From: Escherichia coli
Lineage (GTDB): Bacteria > Pseudomonadota > Gammaproteobacteria > Enterobacterales > Enterobacteriaceae
Reading direction: 5' to 3' (one strand)
DNA: 64,000 bases
Assembly: GCF_965641715.1 (NCBI RefSeq)
Contig: NZ_OZ282453.1
Shown here: in pieces, positions 21,538 through 33,376 of the stretch
How positions within the stretch are numbered: the stretch's first letter is position 1
Layout: every line of letters begins with the position of its first letter
Notes under the pieces: generated by a model
Told to the model about the DNA's origin: nothing
Seen by the model: only the letters and a program-made list of their open reading frames with translations
The model's database searches: none
Position numbers and translations under genes: made by a program

Positions 21538-22104
21538 ATGGGCAACACTAAGTTGGCTAATCCGGCACCGCTGGGCCTGATGGGCTTCGGCATGACCACC
21601 ATTCTGCTTAACCTGCACAACGTGGGTTATTTCGCTCTGGACGGTATTATTCTTGCCATGGGCATTTTCTACGGCGGCATCGCGCAAATTTTTGCCGGTC
21701 TGCTGGAGTACAAAAAAGGCAACACTTTCGGTTTAACCGCATTCACCTCTTACGGTTCTTTCTGGCTGACGCTGGTTGCGATTCTGCTGATGCCGAAACT
21801 GGGTCTGACCGATGCGCCAAATGCACAGTTCCTTGGTGTCTACCTGGGTCTGTGGGGCGTATTTACGCTGTTTATGTTCTTCGGCACTCTGAAAGGCGCA
21901 CGCGTCCTGCAATTCGTTTTCTTTAGCCTGACCGTGCTGTTTGCCCTGCTGGCGATCGGTAACATTGCCGGTAATGCCGCGATCATCCACTTTGCCGGCT
22001 GGATTGGTCTGATCTGCGGTGCCAGCGCAATCTATCTGGCGATGGGTGAAGTGCTGAACGAGCAGTTTGGTCGCACCGTTCTGCCGATTGGTGAATCCCA
22101 CTAA
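21538..22104 (+). CDS. satP: succinate-acetate/proton symporter SatP (YaaH)
   Basis: 188 aa, 6-TM GPR1/FUN34/YaaH-family protein MGNTKLANPAPLGLMGFGMTTILLNLHNVGYF... Confidence 0.92.
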   Translation: MGNTKLANPAPLGLMGFGMTTILLNLHNVGYFALDGIILAMGIFYGGIAQIFAGLLEYKKGNTFGLTAFTSYGSFWLTLVAILLMPKLGLTDAPNAQFLGVYLGLWGVFTLFMFFGTLKGARVLQFVFFSLTVLFALLAIGNIAGNAAIIHFAGWIGLICGASAIYLAMGEVLNEQFGRTVLPIGESH

Positions 22105-22114
22105 TTGTTTTGAG

Positions 22115-22140
22115 ATCCCCCCGCTCGGGGGGATTTTTTT
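22115..22140 (+). terminator. rho-independent terminator after satP (convergent with mog stop)
   Basis: cccccc-gctc-gggggg stem-loop followed by T7 run; overlaps the mog stop codon on the opposite strand. Confidence 0.75.
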
Positions 22141-22726
22141 ATTCGCTAACGTCGCGTCTTGCACTCTTCGGTCTGAATGCAGCAACCACTTCTGGTGCCG
22201 TTTCAACGTATGGCCCTTCCAGCAACTGAATGCAGTACGGTACGCTGGCAAAAATACCATGCACCACAACGTTACCCGCTGCGTCCTTCACGCCTTCCAG
22301 CGTCTCTTTAATTGACTTCGGCTGACCGGGTAAGTTAAGGATCAGCGCCTGTTTGCGAATCACGCCCACCTGACGCGAAAGGATCGCAGTTGGTACAAAA
22401 TGCAGGCTGATCTGGCGCATCTGTTCACCAAAGCCAGGCATCTCGCGGTCCGCTACTGCCAGCGTCGCATCGGGCGTTACGTCACGACGCGCCGGGCCAG
22501 TTCCGCCCGTGGTGAGCACCAGATGGCAACTCATTTCATCCACCAGCTCACACAACGTTTGCTCGATGATCGCCTGCTCATCGGGGATTAAGCGGGTTTC
22601 CAGTTCAAACGGCGTGGTTAGCGCCGATGTCAGCCATTCTTCCAGCGCAGGGATGCCTTTATCCTGATAAACGCCGCTGGATGCGCGATCAGAGATGGAA
22701 ACTAAGCCAATACGTAAAGTATTCAT
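22139..22726 (-). CDS. mog: molybdopterin adenylyltransferase MogA
   Basis: 195 aa from MNTLRIGLVSISDRASSGVY...; contains GGTG motif (TTGGTGPARRD). Confidence 0.93.
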   Translation of the reverse strand: MNTLRIGLVSISDRASSGVYQDKGIPALEEWLTSALTTPFELETRLIPDEQAIIEQTLCELVDEMSCHLVLTTGGTGPARRDVTPDATLAVADREMPGFGEQMRQISLHFVPTAILSRQVGVIRKQALILNLPGQPKSIKETLEGVKDAAGNVVVHGIFASVPYCIQLLEGPYVETAPEVVAAFRPKSARRDVSE

Positions 22727-22840
22727 CAAGATTTTTCCGTTTAAACAGTCTCGTTAAACAGAATGATACACTGCGAAGGGAGTGACAGACAGGCTTCAGA
22801 AGAGGTAGCGTGACCGGCTTCCCGGTCACGCTAAGAATGA

Positions 22841-23794
22841 TTACAGCAGATCGCCGATCATTTTTTCCAGTTTTTCCTGGTCAACAGCAAACTTACGGAT
22901 ACCTTCCGCCAGTTTATCTACTGCCATTGGATCCTGGTTGTGCTGCCACAGGAACTCGGACTCAGTGATACGCGCCGGACGCGCTTTCACTTCGCCGGTG
23001 TAAGACAGTTTACGTTCGATAGCCCCTTCGCTCTCAGCCAGCTCTTTCAGCAGTGCCGGTGCGATGGTCAGACGGTCGCAGCCTGCCAGTTCCAGAATTT
23101 CGCCGATGTTACGGAAGCTTGCGCCCATAACCACGGTTTCATAACCGTGCTCTTTGTAGTACTGGTAGATTTCAGAGACAGAAACCACGCCCGGATCTTC
23201 TGCCGGAGCGTACTCTTTCTTATCGGTATTCGCTTTGTACCAGTCAAGAATACGACCAACAAACGGCGAGATCAGGAATACGCCCGCTTCCGCACAAGCA
23301 CGAGCCTGAGCGAAGGAGAACAGCAGGGTCAGGTTACAGTTGATACCTTCTTTTTCCAGCTGTTCCGCAGCACGAATACCCTGCCAGGTAGAAGCCAGTT
23401 TGATCAGAATACGATCGTTGCTAATACCTGCATCGTTGTAGAGTTTGATCAGGCGTTTTGCTTTCGCAATTGACGCTTCGGTGTCATAGGAAAGACGCGC
23501 ATCAACTTCAGTTGAGATACGGCCCGGAACCAGTTTCAGGATTTCCAGACCAATATTTACTGCCAGTTTGTCGGTCGCGTCCACGATCTGCTGCGCGCGA
23601 TCGTTGCTCTGCTGTTTCGCCCAGGCGACAGCATCATCAATCAACTTACGGTATTCCGGAATCTGCGCTGCGTTAAGAATGAGAGAAGGGTTGGTTGTGG
23701 CATCCTGCGGTTGATACAGCTTCATTGCCGCGATGTCCCCAGTGTCGGCCACTACGGTGGTGTACTGACGAAGGGAGGTCAATTTGTCCGTCAT
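22841..23794 (-). CDS. talB: transaldolase B
   Basis: 317 aa from [40 protein letters not shown]; ORF-track frame extends 21 codons upstream from a GTG. Confidence 0.95.
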
Positions 23795-24072
23795 GATAGT
23801 ATTTCTCTTTAAACAGCTTGTTAGGGGGATGTAACCGGTCTGCCCTGATGATATCACGACGCAACGTCAGCGCAACCGCCGACAAGACGGTTATCGCCAG
23901 GCGAGACAGTTTCGGGTTTCTGACACTGCGTTGATATCGCCCGCCATTTTTATACAAAACCTCATGTATGCTACGCAGAAGTTATCAAGTACCTCGTAGC
24001 GTATATACTTCTTAAACAATTGGTAACGTTTACACAGGAAAGTCATCGCGACCGGCAATAAGAGGGATATGC

Positions 24073-25503
24073 ATGCCAGATTTTTTCTCCTTTATTAACA
24101 GCGTCCTTTGGGGATCGGTAATGATTTACCTGCTCTTCGGCGCAGGTTGTTGGTTCACTTTTCGCACCGGATTTGTGCAGTTTCGCTACATCCGCCAGTT
24201 TGGCAAAAGTCTTAAAAATAGCATTCATCCACAGCCAGGCGGTTTAACCTCATTTCAGTCATTGTGTACCAGTCTTGCGGCGCGCGTGGGTAGCGGCAAC
24301 CTGGCCGGCGTTGCGCTGGCTATTACCGCCGGTGGACCTGGAGCCGTCTTCTGGATGTGGATTGCCGCGTTTATCGGCATGGCGACCTCGTTTGCCGAAT
24401 GTTCCCTGGCACAACTTTATAAAGAACGTGACGTCAATGGGCAGTTTCGTGGCGGACCGGCATGGTATATGGCGCGCGGGCTGGGGATGCGCTGGATGGG
24501 CGTTCTGTTCGCCGTCTTTTTGCTCATCGCCTACGGCATAATTTTCAGCGGAGTTCAGGCAAACGCTGTTGCCCGAGCCCTGAGTTTTTCTTTTGATTTT
24601 CCCCCGCTGGTGACAGGCATTATTCTCGCTGTCTTTGCTCTGCTGGCAATCACTCGCGGTCTTCATGGCGTCGCCCGGCTCATGCAGGGGTTTGTCCCGT
24701 TGATGGCGATAATCTGGGTACTGACCAGCCTGGTGATTTGCGTAATAAATATCGGGCAACTTCCCCACGTCATTTGGTCTATTTTTGAGAGTGCTTTTGG
24801 CTGGCAGGAAGCGGCAGGCGGCGCGGCGGGATATACCTTAAGCCAGGCGATTACTAACGGTTTTCAGCGCAGTATGTTTTCCAATGAGGCGGGAATGGGT
24901 TCGACGCCAAACGCGGCAGCGGCAGCGGCGTCCTGGCCTCCGCATCCGGCAGCGCAAGGAATTGTCCAGATGATTGGCATTTTTATCGACACCCTGGTCA
25001 TCTGTACGGCAAGCGCCATGCTGATATTACTGGCGGGTAACGGCACAACCTACATGCCGCTGGAAGGTATTCAGCTTATCCAGAAGGCGATGCGGGTGCT
25101 AATGGGTTCCTGGGGTGCTGAGTTTGTTACCCTCGTGGTTATTCTGTTTGCCTTCAGCTCCATCGTTGCCAACTACATTTATGCCGAAAACAATCTCTTC
25201 TTTTTACGCCTGAACAACCCTAAAGCGATCTGGTGTTTGCGGATCTGCACCTTCGCAACGGTCATCGGCGGCACCTTGCTAAGTCTTCCGCTGATGTGGC
25301 AACTGGCAGATATCATAATGGCCTGCATGGCTATTACCAATTTGACCGCCATTTTACTGCTCTCGCCTGTGGTTCATACCATTGCCAGTGATTATCTACG
25401 CCAGCGTAAACTCGGCGTGCGCCCGGTGTTTGATCCATTGCGTTATCCGGATATCGGTCGCCAGCTTTCTCCGGACGCGTGGGATGATGTTTCGCAGGAG
25501 TAA
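24073..25503 (+). CDS. yaaJ: alanine/glycine:cation symporter family transporter YaaJ
   Basis: 476 aa polytopic membrane protein; K-12 position between talB and yaaA. Confidence 0.88.
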   Translation: MPDFFSFINSVLWGSVMIYLLFGAGCWFTFRTGFVQFRYIRQFGKSLKNSIHPQPGGLTSFQSLCTSLAARVGSGNLAGVALAITAGGPGAVFWMWIAAFIGMATSFAECSLAQLYKERDVNGQFRGGPAWYMARGLGMRWMGVLFAVFLLIAYGIIFSGVQANAVARALSFSFDFPPLVTGIILAVFALLAITRGLHGVARLMQGFVPLMAIIWVLTSLVICVINIGQLPHVIWSIFESAFGWQEAAGGAAGYTLSQAITNGFQRSMFSNEAGMGSTPNAAAAAASWPPHPAAQGIVQMIGIFIDTLVICTASAMLILLAGNGTTYMPLEGIQLIQKAMRVLMGSWGAEFVTLVVILFAFSSIVANYIYAENNLFFLRLNNPKAIWCLRICTFATVIGGTLLSLPLMWQLADIIMACMAITNLTAILLLSPVVHTIASDYLRQRKLGVRPVFDPLRYPDIGRQLSPDAWDDVSQE

Positions 25504-25572
25504 TCACAACTATCGATCAACTCATTCTCTTTTTTTGCTAAAGTCGGCATAAATTTCCTGCAAGGACTGGAT

Positions 25573-26349
25573 ATGCTGATTCTTATTTCACCTGCGAAAA
25601 CGCTTGATTACCAAAGCCCGTTGACCACCACGCGATATACACTGCCGGAGCTGTTAGACAATTCCCAGCAGTTGATCCATGAAGCGCGGAAACTGACGCC
25701 TCCGCAGATTAGCACGCTGATGCGTATCAGCGACAAACTGGCAGGTATCAATGCCGCTCGCTTTCATGACTGGCAGCCAGATTTCACGCCGGAGAATGCC
25801 CGCCAGGCGATTCTGGCGTTTAAAGGTGATGTCTACACCGGCTTGCAGGCCGAAACCTTCAGCGAAGACGATTTCGATTTTGCCCAACAGCATTTGCGAA
25901 TGCTTTCCGGCTTGTATGGCGTACTCCGCCCGCTCGATTTAATGCAGCCTTATCGTCTGGAAATGGGGATCCGTCTTGAGAATGCCCGAGGGAAAGATCT
26001 GTATCAATTCTGGGGAGATATCATCACCAACAAGCTGAACGAGGCGCTCGCAGCACAAGGCGATAATGTGGTGATTAATCTGGCGTCAGATGAGTATTTT
26101 AAATCGGTGAAGCCGAAGAAATTGAATGCCGAGATTATCAAGCCGGTGTTCCTCGATGAGAAGAACGGCAAATTTAAGATAATCAGCTTCTACGCTAAGA
26201 AAGCACGCGGTCTGATGAGTCGTTTCATTATTGAAAATCGGCTGACCAAACCAGAGCAACTGACTGGTTTTAATAGCGAAGGTTACTTCTTTGATGAAGC
26301 TTCCTCCAGCAATGGCGAACTGGTGTTTAAACGCTACGAGCAGCGTTAA
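25573..26349 (+). CDS. yaaA: peroxide stress resistance protein YaaA (UPF0246)
   Basis: 258 aa [35 protein letters not shown]... Confidence 0.9.
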   Translation: MLILISPAKTLDYQSPLTTTRYTLPELLDNSQQLIHEARKLTPPQISTLMRISDKLAGINAARFHDWQPDFTPENARQAILAFKGDVYTGLQAETFSEDDFDFAQQHLRMLSGLYGVLRPLDLMQPYRLEMGIRLENARGKDLYQFWGDIITNKLNEALAAQGDNVVINLASDEYFKSVKPKKLNAEIIKPVFLDEKNGKFKIISFYAKKARGLMSRFIIENRLTKPEQLTGFNSEGYFFDEASSSNGELVFKRYEQR

Positions 26350-26361
26350 GTTTGTAGTCAA

Positions 26362-26480
26362 TGCCGGATGCGGCGTGAACGCCTTATCCGGCCTACAAAA
26401 GCATGCAGATTCAATATATTGCAGAATTCACGTAGGCCTGATAAGACGCGCCAGCGTCGCATCAGGCGCTGAATGCCGGA
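26362..26480. repeat. REP/BIME element (two REP units in inverted orientation)
   Basis: gccggatgcggcgtgaacgccttatccggcctac followed by gtaggcctgataagacgcgccagcgtcgcatcaggc, the canonical E. coli REP palindromes. Confidence 0.85.
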
Positions 26481-26501
26481 TTGTTACCGGGCGTTTGTCA
26501 T

Positions 26502-26798
26502 TTAGCGGTGATGTTTGCCTGGACCATGACCGCCGTGATGATCATGATGAGCTTTCTTATGGTGACGCGGCGGTGGCGGCGGTCCGTGTGGGTGCCAGCG
26601 ATTGCCTCGCCATTCATAATGTTGTTTCCACCAGCCGTGGTCGCGCCAGTGACCGCCATCCCAGTAATAACCGCGATTATCACGATCGCCTATCTGTAAT
26701 TTTACTGACGGGACTAACGTAATTTCCGCAGCCTGCGTTGCCATGGGAGCGACCAGAACCAGGGAAAGTGCGAGTACGATAGATTGCATCTTTTTCAC
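26502..26798 (-). CDS. yaaX: small secreted His/Pro-rich protein YaaX (DUF2502)
   Basis: 98 aa, signal peptide [24 protein letters not shown]-terminal [28 protein letters not shown]. Confidence 0.85.
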   Translation of the reverse strand: MKKMQSIVLALSLVLVAPMATQAAEITLVPSVKLQIGDRDNRGYYWDGGHWRDHGWWKQHYEWRGNRWHPHGPPPPPRHHKKAHHDHHGGHGPGKHHR

Positions 26799-27011
26799 AG
26801 GTTACTCCTTTTATCATTGCCCGTTATGGGTCGATATCCGGAGATTACGCGATGAGAACGGCGGTTGTTATTCTCCGCAATCCTAATCTCTAAGTTACCG
26901 CATTTATTGAGAATTCCTCCTTTTTCCCTGTCGTTTCTCTCCATATTTTCTTCACAAAAAAGCCGGGCTGCATAAAAGCAAACCCGGCCTGATTGAGATA
27001 ATGAATAGATG

Positions 27012-28298
27012 TTACTGATGATTCATCATCAATTTACGCAACGCAGCAAAATCGGCGGGCAGATTATGCGAAAGCAAGGGTAAATCGGCACGTTCTGCCA
27101 GCTCTTTTGGCAGATCCAACGTTTCACCGAGAATCGCTTCCACGCTCTCTTTAAATTTCGCCGGATGCGCGGTGCCGAGGAACAAGCCATATTCGCCTGG
27201 ATTCAACTGGTCACGCAGCGCACGATACGCTACGGCAGCGTGCGGCTCCGAAGTGTAGCCCAGTTCTTTTAACTCACGCATTGTCTGTTGCGTGGTTTCA
27301 TCATCCACGGCTGCATAACCCAGCTCTTTCAGTTGCCAGATTTTGCGGCGGAACAACTCTTCCACACGCGGCCAGTTGTTCGGCTGACTCACGTCCATCG
27401 CGTTGGATAACGTCGCCTGAGTCGCTTTGGGTGACCACTGACCGTCGTGCAGGAAACGTGGCACGGTATCGTTCACGTTGGTCGCAGCAATAAAACGTTT
27501 CACCGGCAGACCGAGTGACTTCGCCAGCAGACCCGCCGTCAAATCGCCGAAGTTTCCGCTTGGCACCGAGACAACCAGCTGGTTGCGCGCTTCCTGCGGC
27601 AGCTGCGCAACTGCTTCAAAGTAGTAGCAAATCTGCGCCAGCAACCGGCTGATGTTAATCGAGTTAGCTGAGTTTAACCCCAGCGCCACTTTCAGCTCTT
27701 CATCATCAAACGCCTGCTTCACCAGCGCCTGACAGGCATCGAAATCGCCGTCGATGGCAACAGTTTCGATATTGCCGCCCAATGTACAGAACAGTTTTTC
27801 TTGCAGTGGACTGATTTTGCCTCGTGGATAGAGGATAACCACTTTCACATTCGGTAAACCGTAGAAAGCATGAGCCACTGCCGCTCCGGTATCACCGGAG
27901 GTCGCGGTCAGAATGGTCACTGGCTTATCGCCCGCAATATGGGTCAGCATTTGTGCCATAAAGCGACCGCCGAAATCTTTAAATGCCAGCGTTGGCCCGT
28001 GGAACAATTCCAGACAACCGACATCGCTTTCAACATTGGCGACCGGAGCCGGGAAGGCAAACGCCGCGCGCACGCGCTCTTCCAGGATTTCCTGCGGGAT
28101 TTCATCACCAATAAACGCCGAGAGGATCTTCGCACTGCGGGTGACAAAATCCAGCTTCAGCATCTCATCAATTTCAGTCAGGCTGAATTCCGGCAGGTCG
28201 TGCGGAAAAAACAGCCCCTGATTTTTGCCCAACCCCTGGGTTACGGCTTGCGCAAAGCTGACCTGCTCATTGTGATCTTTAAGATTGTAGAGTTTCAT
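27012..28298 (-). CDS. thrC: threonine synthase
   Basis: 428 aa MKLYNLKDHNEQVSFAQAVTQGLGKNQGLFFP...; PLP-binding K in LFHGPTLAFKD. Confidence 0.97.
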   Translation of the reverse strand: MKLYNLKDHNEQVSFAQAVTQGLGKNQGLFFPHDLPEFSLTEIDEMLKLDFVTRSAKILSAFIGDEIPQEILEERVRAAFAFPAPVANVESDVGCLELFHGPTLAFKDFGGRFMAQMLTHIAGDKPVTILTATSGDTGAAVAHAFYGLPNVKVVILYPRGKISPLQEKLFCTLGGNIETVAIDGDFDACQALVKQAFDDEELKVALGLNSANSINISRLLAQICYYFEAVAQLPQEARNQLVVSVPSGNFGDLTAGLLAKSLGLPVKRFIAATNVNDTVPRFLHDGQWSPKATQATLSNAMDVSQPNNWPRVEELFRRKIWQLKELGYAAVDDETTQQTMRELKELGYTSEPHAAVAYRALRDQLNPGEYGLFLGTAHPAKFKESVEAILGETLDLPKELAERADLPLLSHNLPADFAALRKLMMNHQ

Positions 28299-29231
28299 TT
28301 AGTTTTCCAGTACTCGTGCGCCCGCCGTATCCAGCCGGCAAATATGAACAAAACCTTCCTGATTTTGCAGGTAGTTCTTACCCAACCAGTCGGCAACGCG
28401 CTGGGCGGTATCCGGCTTGTCACACAGAGCAAACAAGGTCGGCCCGGAGCCGGAGATACCGCTCGCTACCGCGCCGATTTCCGCGACCGCCTGCCGCGCC
28501 TGCCGGAAGCCAGGCAGTAACCGTTCACGGTAGGGTTCTGCGATAACATCTTTCATCAGCTTCGCGGCAAGCTCAGGCTGACGGGAATAGCAGGCGTGAA
28601 TGAAGCCTGCCAGATGTCGCCCGTGCGCAATGCAATCCTGGCGGCGATACTGCGCCGGTAAAATAGCCCGGGCTTCTGCCGTCGAGACTTTAATCCCCGG
28701 ATACGCCAGCACCCACAGCCACTCATCAAACCCTGGCACTTGCTGGCTGATGATGTCGTTTTCTTCGATCATCAACTGCATACCACCAAGAAAACACGGT
28801 GCCACGTTGTCGTAATGAATGCTGCCGGAGATACGCCCTTCCAGCTCGCCCATCAAAGCCAGCAAACGAGTGTCATTAAGCGGCTTGCCGCAGTGTTCAT
28901 TCATCGCCATCAGCGCCGCGACCACCGAACAGGCGCTGGAGCCTAAGCCCGAACCGATCGGCATATTCTTTTCCAGTGTCATCGCCACTGGAATTTGCTT
29001 GCCCAGCTCCTGGCAAAAACGCTCCCAGCACTGATAAACGATATTCTCCCGTGGTTCTGACGGCAGCTTATCGGCAAAACGTCCGAGGTTGTTGAGACTG
29101 AATGTCTCTGCCGCCTCAACCGTGACTACATCTCCGAGCAATGCACCATCAACGGGTGTCACCGCCGCCCCGAGCACATCAAACCCGACGCTCATATTGG
29201 CACTGGAAGCCGGGGCATAAACTTTAACCAT
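28299..29231 (-). CDS. thrB: homoserine kinase
   Basis: 310 aa [24 protein letters not shown]...; GHMP kinase motif [10 protein letters not shown]. Confidence 0.97.
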
Positions 29232-29232
29232 G

Positions 29233-31695
29233 TCAGACTCCTAACTTCCATGAGAGGGTACGTAGCAGATCGGCAAAGACACCGGCAGCGGTAACGTCAT
29301 TGCCCGCACCATATCCGCGCAGCACCAACGGCAGCGGCTGATAATAGTGGCTATAGAAGGCCAGGGCGTTTTCGCCATTTTTCACTTTGAACAGCGGATC
29401 ATTACCATCCACTTCGGCAATCTTCACGCGGCAGACGCCATCTTCATCAATATTGCCAACATAGCGCAAAACTTTTCCTTCATCACGGGCCTTCGCCACG
29501 CGCGCGGCAAAGAGATCGTCGAGCTGTGACAGATTCGCCATAAAAGCGGCAACATCACCCTCGGCGTTAAACTCTGCGGGCAGCACTGGTTCAATTTCAA
29601 TATCCGCCAACTCCAGTTCACGTCCCGTTTCACGAGCGAGAATCAATAGTTTACGCGCTACATCCATACCAGAAAGATCATCTCGCGGATCCGGTTCGGT
29701 ATAACCCATTTCCCGCGCCAGCGTAGTCGCCTCGGAGAAACTCATGCCTTCGTCTAACTTGCCGAAGATATAAGAAAGCGAACCTGAAAGAATGCCGGAG
29801 AACTTCATCAATTCATCACCAGCATTGAGCAGATTTTGCAGGTTCTCAATAACCGGTAATCCAGCCCCAACGTTGGTGTCATAGAGGAATTTACGCCGCG
29901 ATTTTTCCGCCGCATGACGCAACAGATGGTAGTAATCCATCGACGAGGTGTTGGCCTTTTTGTTCGGCGTGACAACGTGGAAACCTTCGCGCAGGAAGTC
30001 GGCATATTGATCCGCCACTGCCTGGCTGGAGGTGCAGTCAACAATGACCGGGTTCAGCAGATGATATTCTTTCACGAGGCGAATTAAGCGCCCGAGATTA
30101 AACGGCTCTTTGGCTTGCGCCAGTTCTTCCTGCCAGTTTTCCAGGTTTAGGCCATGCACATTGGTGAGCAGAGCCTTCGAGTTGGCAACGCCGCAGACAC
30201 GTAAGTCGATATGTTTATTCTTCAACCAGCTTTGCTGACGCTTCAGTTGCTCCAGCAGCGCACCGCCAACGCCACCGACGCCAATCACAAACACTTCGAT
30301 AACCTGATCGGTATTGAACAGCATCTGATGAGTAACGCGCACGCCAGTGGTCGCATCATCGTTATTTACCACGACAGAGATTGAGCGTTCAGAAGATCCC
30401 TGAGCAATGGCGACAATGTTGATATTGGCGCGGGCCAGCGCGGCAAAGAATTTCGCCGAGATCCCACGCAAGGTGCGCATACCATCACCTACCACCGAGA
30501 TAATGGCCAGCCGTTCCGTCACCGCCAGCGGCTCCAGTAAGCCTTCTTTCAGTTCCAGGTAGAACTCTTCCTGCATTGCCCGTTCAGCTCGCACACAGTC
30601 GCTTTGCGGAACGCAGAAACTGATACTGTATTCGGAAGATGATTGCGTAATCAGCACCACGGAAATACGGGCGCGTGACATTGCAGCAAAGACGCGCGCC
30701 GCCATGCCGACCATTCCTTTCATCCCCGGGCCGGAAACGCTGAACATTGCCATGTTATTCAGATTGGAAATGCCCTTGACCGGTAATTCGTCTTCATCAC
30801 GACTGGCACCAATGAGCGTACCTGGTGCTTGAGGATTTCCGGTATTTTTAATCAGGCACGGGATCTGGAACTGGGCGATGGGGGTAATGGTGCGGGGGTG
30901 AAGAACTTTAGCGCCGAAGTAGGAAAGCTCCATCGCTTCCTGGTAGGACATCGATTTCAACAACCTCGCATCGGGCACCTGACGCGGGTCGCAGGTATAA
31001 ACCCCGTCAACGTCCGTCCAAATCTCGCAACAATCGGCGCGTAAACAGGCAGCCAGCACCGCCGCGGAGTAGTCGGAACCGTTGCGTCCAAGTACCACCA
31101 GTTCGCCTTTTTCATTACCGGCGGTGAAACCTGCCATCAGCACCATGTGATCAGCCGGAATACGACTTGCCGCAATACGGCGGGTGGACTCAGCAATATC
31201 GACGGTAGATTCGAGGTAATGCCCCACTGCCAGTAGTTTTTCGACCGGATCGATAATGGTAACGTTGTGACCACGCGCTTCTAACACGCCGGCCATAATG
31301 GCGATCGACATTTTCTCGCCACGGCAAATCAGCGCAGCGTTAATGCTATCCGGGCACTGCCCTAACAAACTAATGCCATGCAGGACATGTTTTATTTGGG
31401 CAAATTCCTGGTCGACGAAAGTTTTCAATTGCGCCAGCGGGAATCCCGGCTGGGCGGCGGCGAGTCCCGTCAGAAGTTCGGCAAAAATACGTTCGGCATC
31501 GCTGATATTGGGTAAAGCATCCTGGCCGCTAATGGTTTTTTCAATCATCGCCACCAGGTGGTTGGTTATTTTGGCGGGGGCAGAGAGGACGGTGGCCACC
31601 TGCCCCTGCCTGGCATTGCTTTCCAGAATATCGGCAACCCGCAGAAAACGTTCTGCATTTGCCACTGATGTACCGCCGAACTTCAACACTCGCAT
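29233..31695 (-). CDS. thrA: bifunctional aspartokinase I / homoserine dehydrogenase I
   Basis: 820 aa from [32 protein letters not shown]...; ORF-track frame extends 14 codons upstream. Confidence 0.97.
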
Positions 31696-31720
31696 GGTTG
31701 TTACCTCGTTACCTTTGGTC

Positions 31721-31757
31721 GAAAAAAAAGCCCGCACTGTCAGGTGCGGGCTTTTTT
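31721..31757 (-). terminator. thr operon attenuator (leader terminator hairpin)
   Basis: On the thr strand: GCCCGCACC-TGACA-GTGCGGGC followed by U8, between thrL and thrA. Confidence 0.85.
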
Positions 31758-31775
31758 CTGTGTTTCCTGTACGCG

Positions 31776-31844
<69 letters not shown>

Positions 31845-31889
31845 TGTTGTGTACTCTGTAATTTTTATCTGTCTGTGCGCTATGCCTAT

Positions 31890-31925
31890 ATTGGTTAAAG
31901 TATTTAGTGACCTAAGTCAATAAAA
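31890..31925 (-). promoter_or_regulatory. thr operon promoter (approximate)
   Basis: TTGACT (-35-like) and TTTAACC/TAACCA (-10-like) upstream of thrL on the minus strand. Confidence 0.5.
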
Positions 31926-32054
31926 TTTTAATTTACTCACGGCAGGTAACCAGTTCAGAAGCTGCTGTCAGAGACTCTTTTTTTAATCCACACAGAGACA
32001 TATTGCCCGTTGCAGTCAGAATGAAAAGCTGAAAAATACTTACTAAGGCGTTTT

Positions 32055-32741
32055 TTATTTGGTGATATTTTTTTCAATATCATGCAGCAAACGGTGCAAC
32101 ATTGCCGTGTCTCGTTGCTCTAAAAGCCCCAGGCGTTGTTGTAACCAGTCGACCAGTTTTATGTCATCTGCCACTGCCAGAGTCGTCAGCAATGCCATGG
32201 CTCGTTCGCGTAAAGCTTGCAGTTGATGTTGGTCTGCCGTTGTGTCACTTTTCGTCGGTTGTTGTATTAATGTTGCTAATTGATAGCAATAGACCATCAC
32301 CGCCTGCCCCAGATTGAGCGAAGGATAATCCGCCACCATCGGCACACCAGTAAGAACGTCAGCCAACGCTAACTCTTCGTTAGTCAGCCCGGAATCTTCG
32401 CGACCAAACACCAGCGCGGCATGGCTCATCCATGAAGATTTTTCCTCTAACAGCGGCACCAGTTCTACTGGCGTGGCGTAGTAATGATATTTCGCCCGAC
32501 TGCGCGCAGTGGTGGCGACAGTGAAATCGACATCGTGTAACGATTCAGCCAGCGTCGGGAAAACTTTAATATTATCAATAATATCACCAGATCCATGTGC
32601 GACCCAGCGAGTGGCTGGCTCCAGATGTGCCTGACTATCGACAATCCGCAGTTCGCTAAACCCCATCGTTTTCATTGCCCGCGCCGCTGCCCCAATATTT
32701 TCTGCTCTGGCGGGTGCGACCAGAATAATCGTTATACGCAT
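32055..32741 (-). CDS. lasT: SpoU-family RNA 2'-O-methyltransferase LasT (YjtD)
   Basis: 228 aa from MRITIILVAPARAENIGAAARAMKTMGF... (SPOUT fold motifs). Confidence 0.85.
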   Translation of the reverse strand: MRITIILVAPARAENIGAAARAMKTMGFSELRIVDSQAHLEPATRWVAHGSGDIIDNIKVFPTLAESLHDVDFTVATTARSRAKYHYYATPVELVPLLEEKSSWMSHAALVFGREDSGLTNEELALADVLTGVPMVADYPSLNLGQAVMVYCYQLATLIQQPTKSDTTADQHQLQALRERAMALLTTLAVADDIKLVDWLQQRLGLLEQRDTAMLHRLLHDIEKNITK

Positions 32742-33140
32742 ATTGCCACTCTTCTTGACCAAATGACCGCGAACAGGGTGATCACTGTCAACTTATTACG
32801 CGGTGCGAATTTACAAACTCTTAACGTAAGTCGCAGAAAAAGCCCTTTACTTAGCTTAAAAAAGGCTAAACTATTTCCTGACTGTACTAACGGTTGAATT
32901 GTTAAAAAATGCTACATATCCTTCTGTTTACTTAGGATAATTTTATAAAAAATAAATCTCGACAATTGGATTCACCACGTTTATTAGTTGTATGATGCAA
33001 CTAGTTGGATTATTAAAATAATGTGACGAAAGCTAGCATTTAGATACGATGATTTCATCAAACTGTTAACGTGCTACAATTGAACTTGATATATGTCAAC
33101 GAAGCGTAGTTTTATTGGGTGTCCGGCCCCTCTTAGCCTG

Positions 33141-33281
33141 TTATGTTGCTGTTAAAATGGTTAGGATGACAGCCGTTTTTGACACTGTCGGGTCCTGAGG
33201 GAAAGTACCCACGACCAAGCTAATGATGTTGTTGACGTTGATGGAAAGTGCATCAAGAACGCAATTACGTACTTTAGTCAT
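33141..33281 (-). CDS. yjjY: small protein YjjY (46 aa)
   Basis: Reverse complement reads MTKVRNCVLDALSINVNNIISLVVGTFPQDPTVSKTAVILTILTAT; below the 60-aa ORF-track cutoff; divergent from arcA. Confidence 0.5.
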   Translation of the reverse strand: MTKVRNCVLDALSINVNNIISLVVGTFPQDPTVSKTAVILTILTAT

Positions 33282-33376
33282 GTTACGCCGATCATGTTAA
33301 TTTGCAGCATGCATCAGGCAGGTCAGGGACTTTTGTACTTCCTGTTTCGATTTAGTTGGCAATTTAGGTAGCAAAC

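Noticed and set aside
22730-22840. Inverted repeat agcgtgaccgg…ccggtcacgct between talB and mog as a terminator
   Set aside because: Good stem, but the downstream sequence on the transcribed strand is not U-rich; it could be an RNA structure or protein-binding site, with insufficient evidence for a terminator call.
26481-26722. Plus-strand ORFs (72 and 143 aa) overlapping yaaX
   Set aside because: Antisense to the recognisable secreted protein YaaX; the His-rich yaaX frame on the minus strand explains the open frames.
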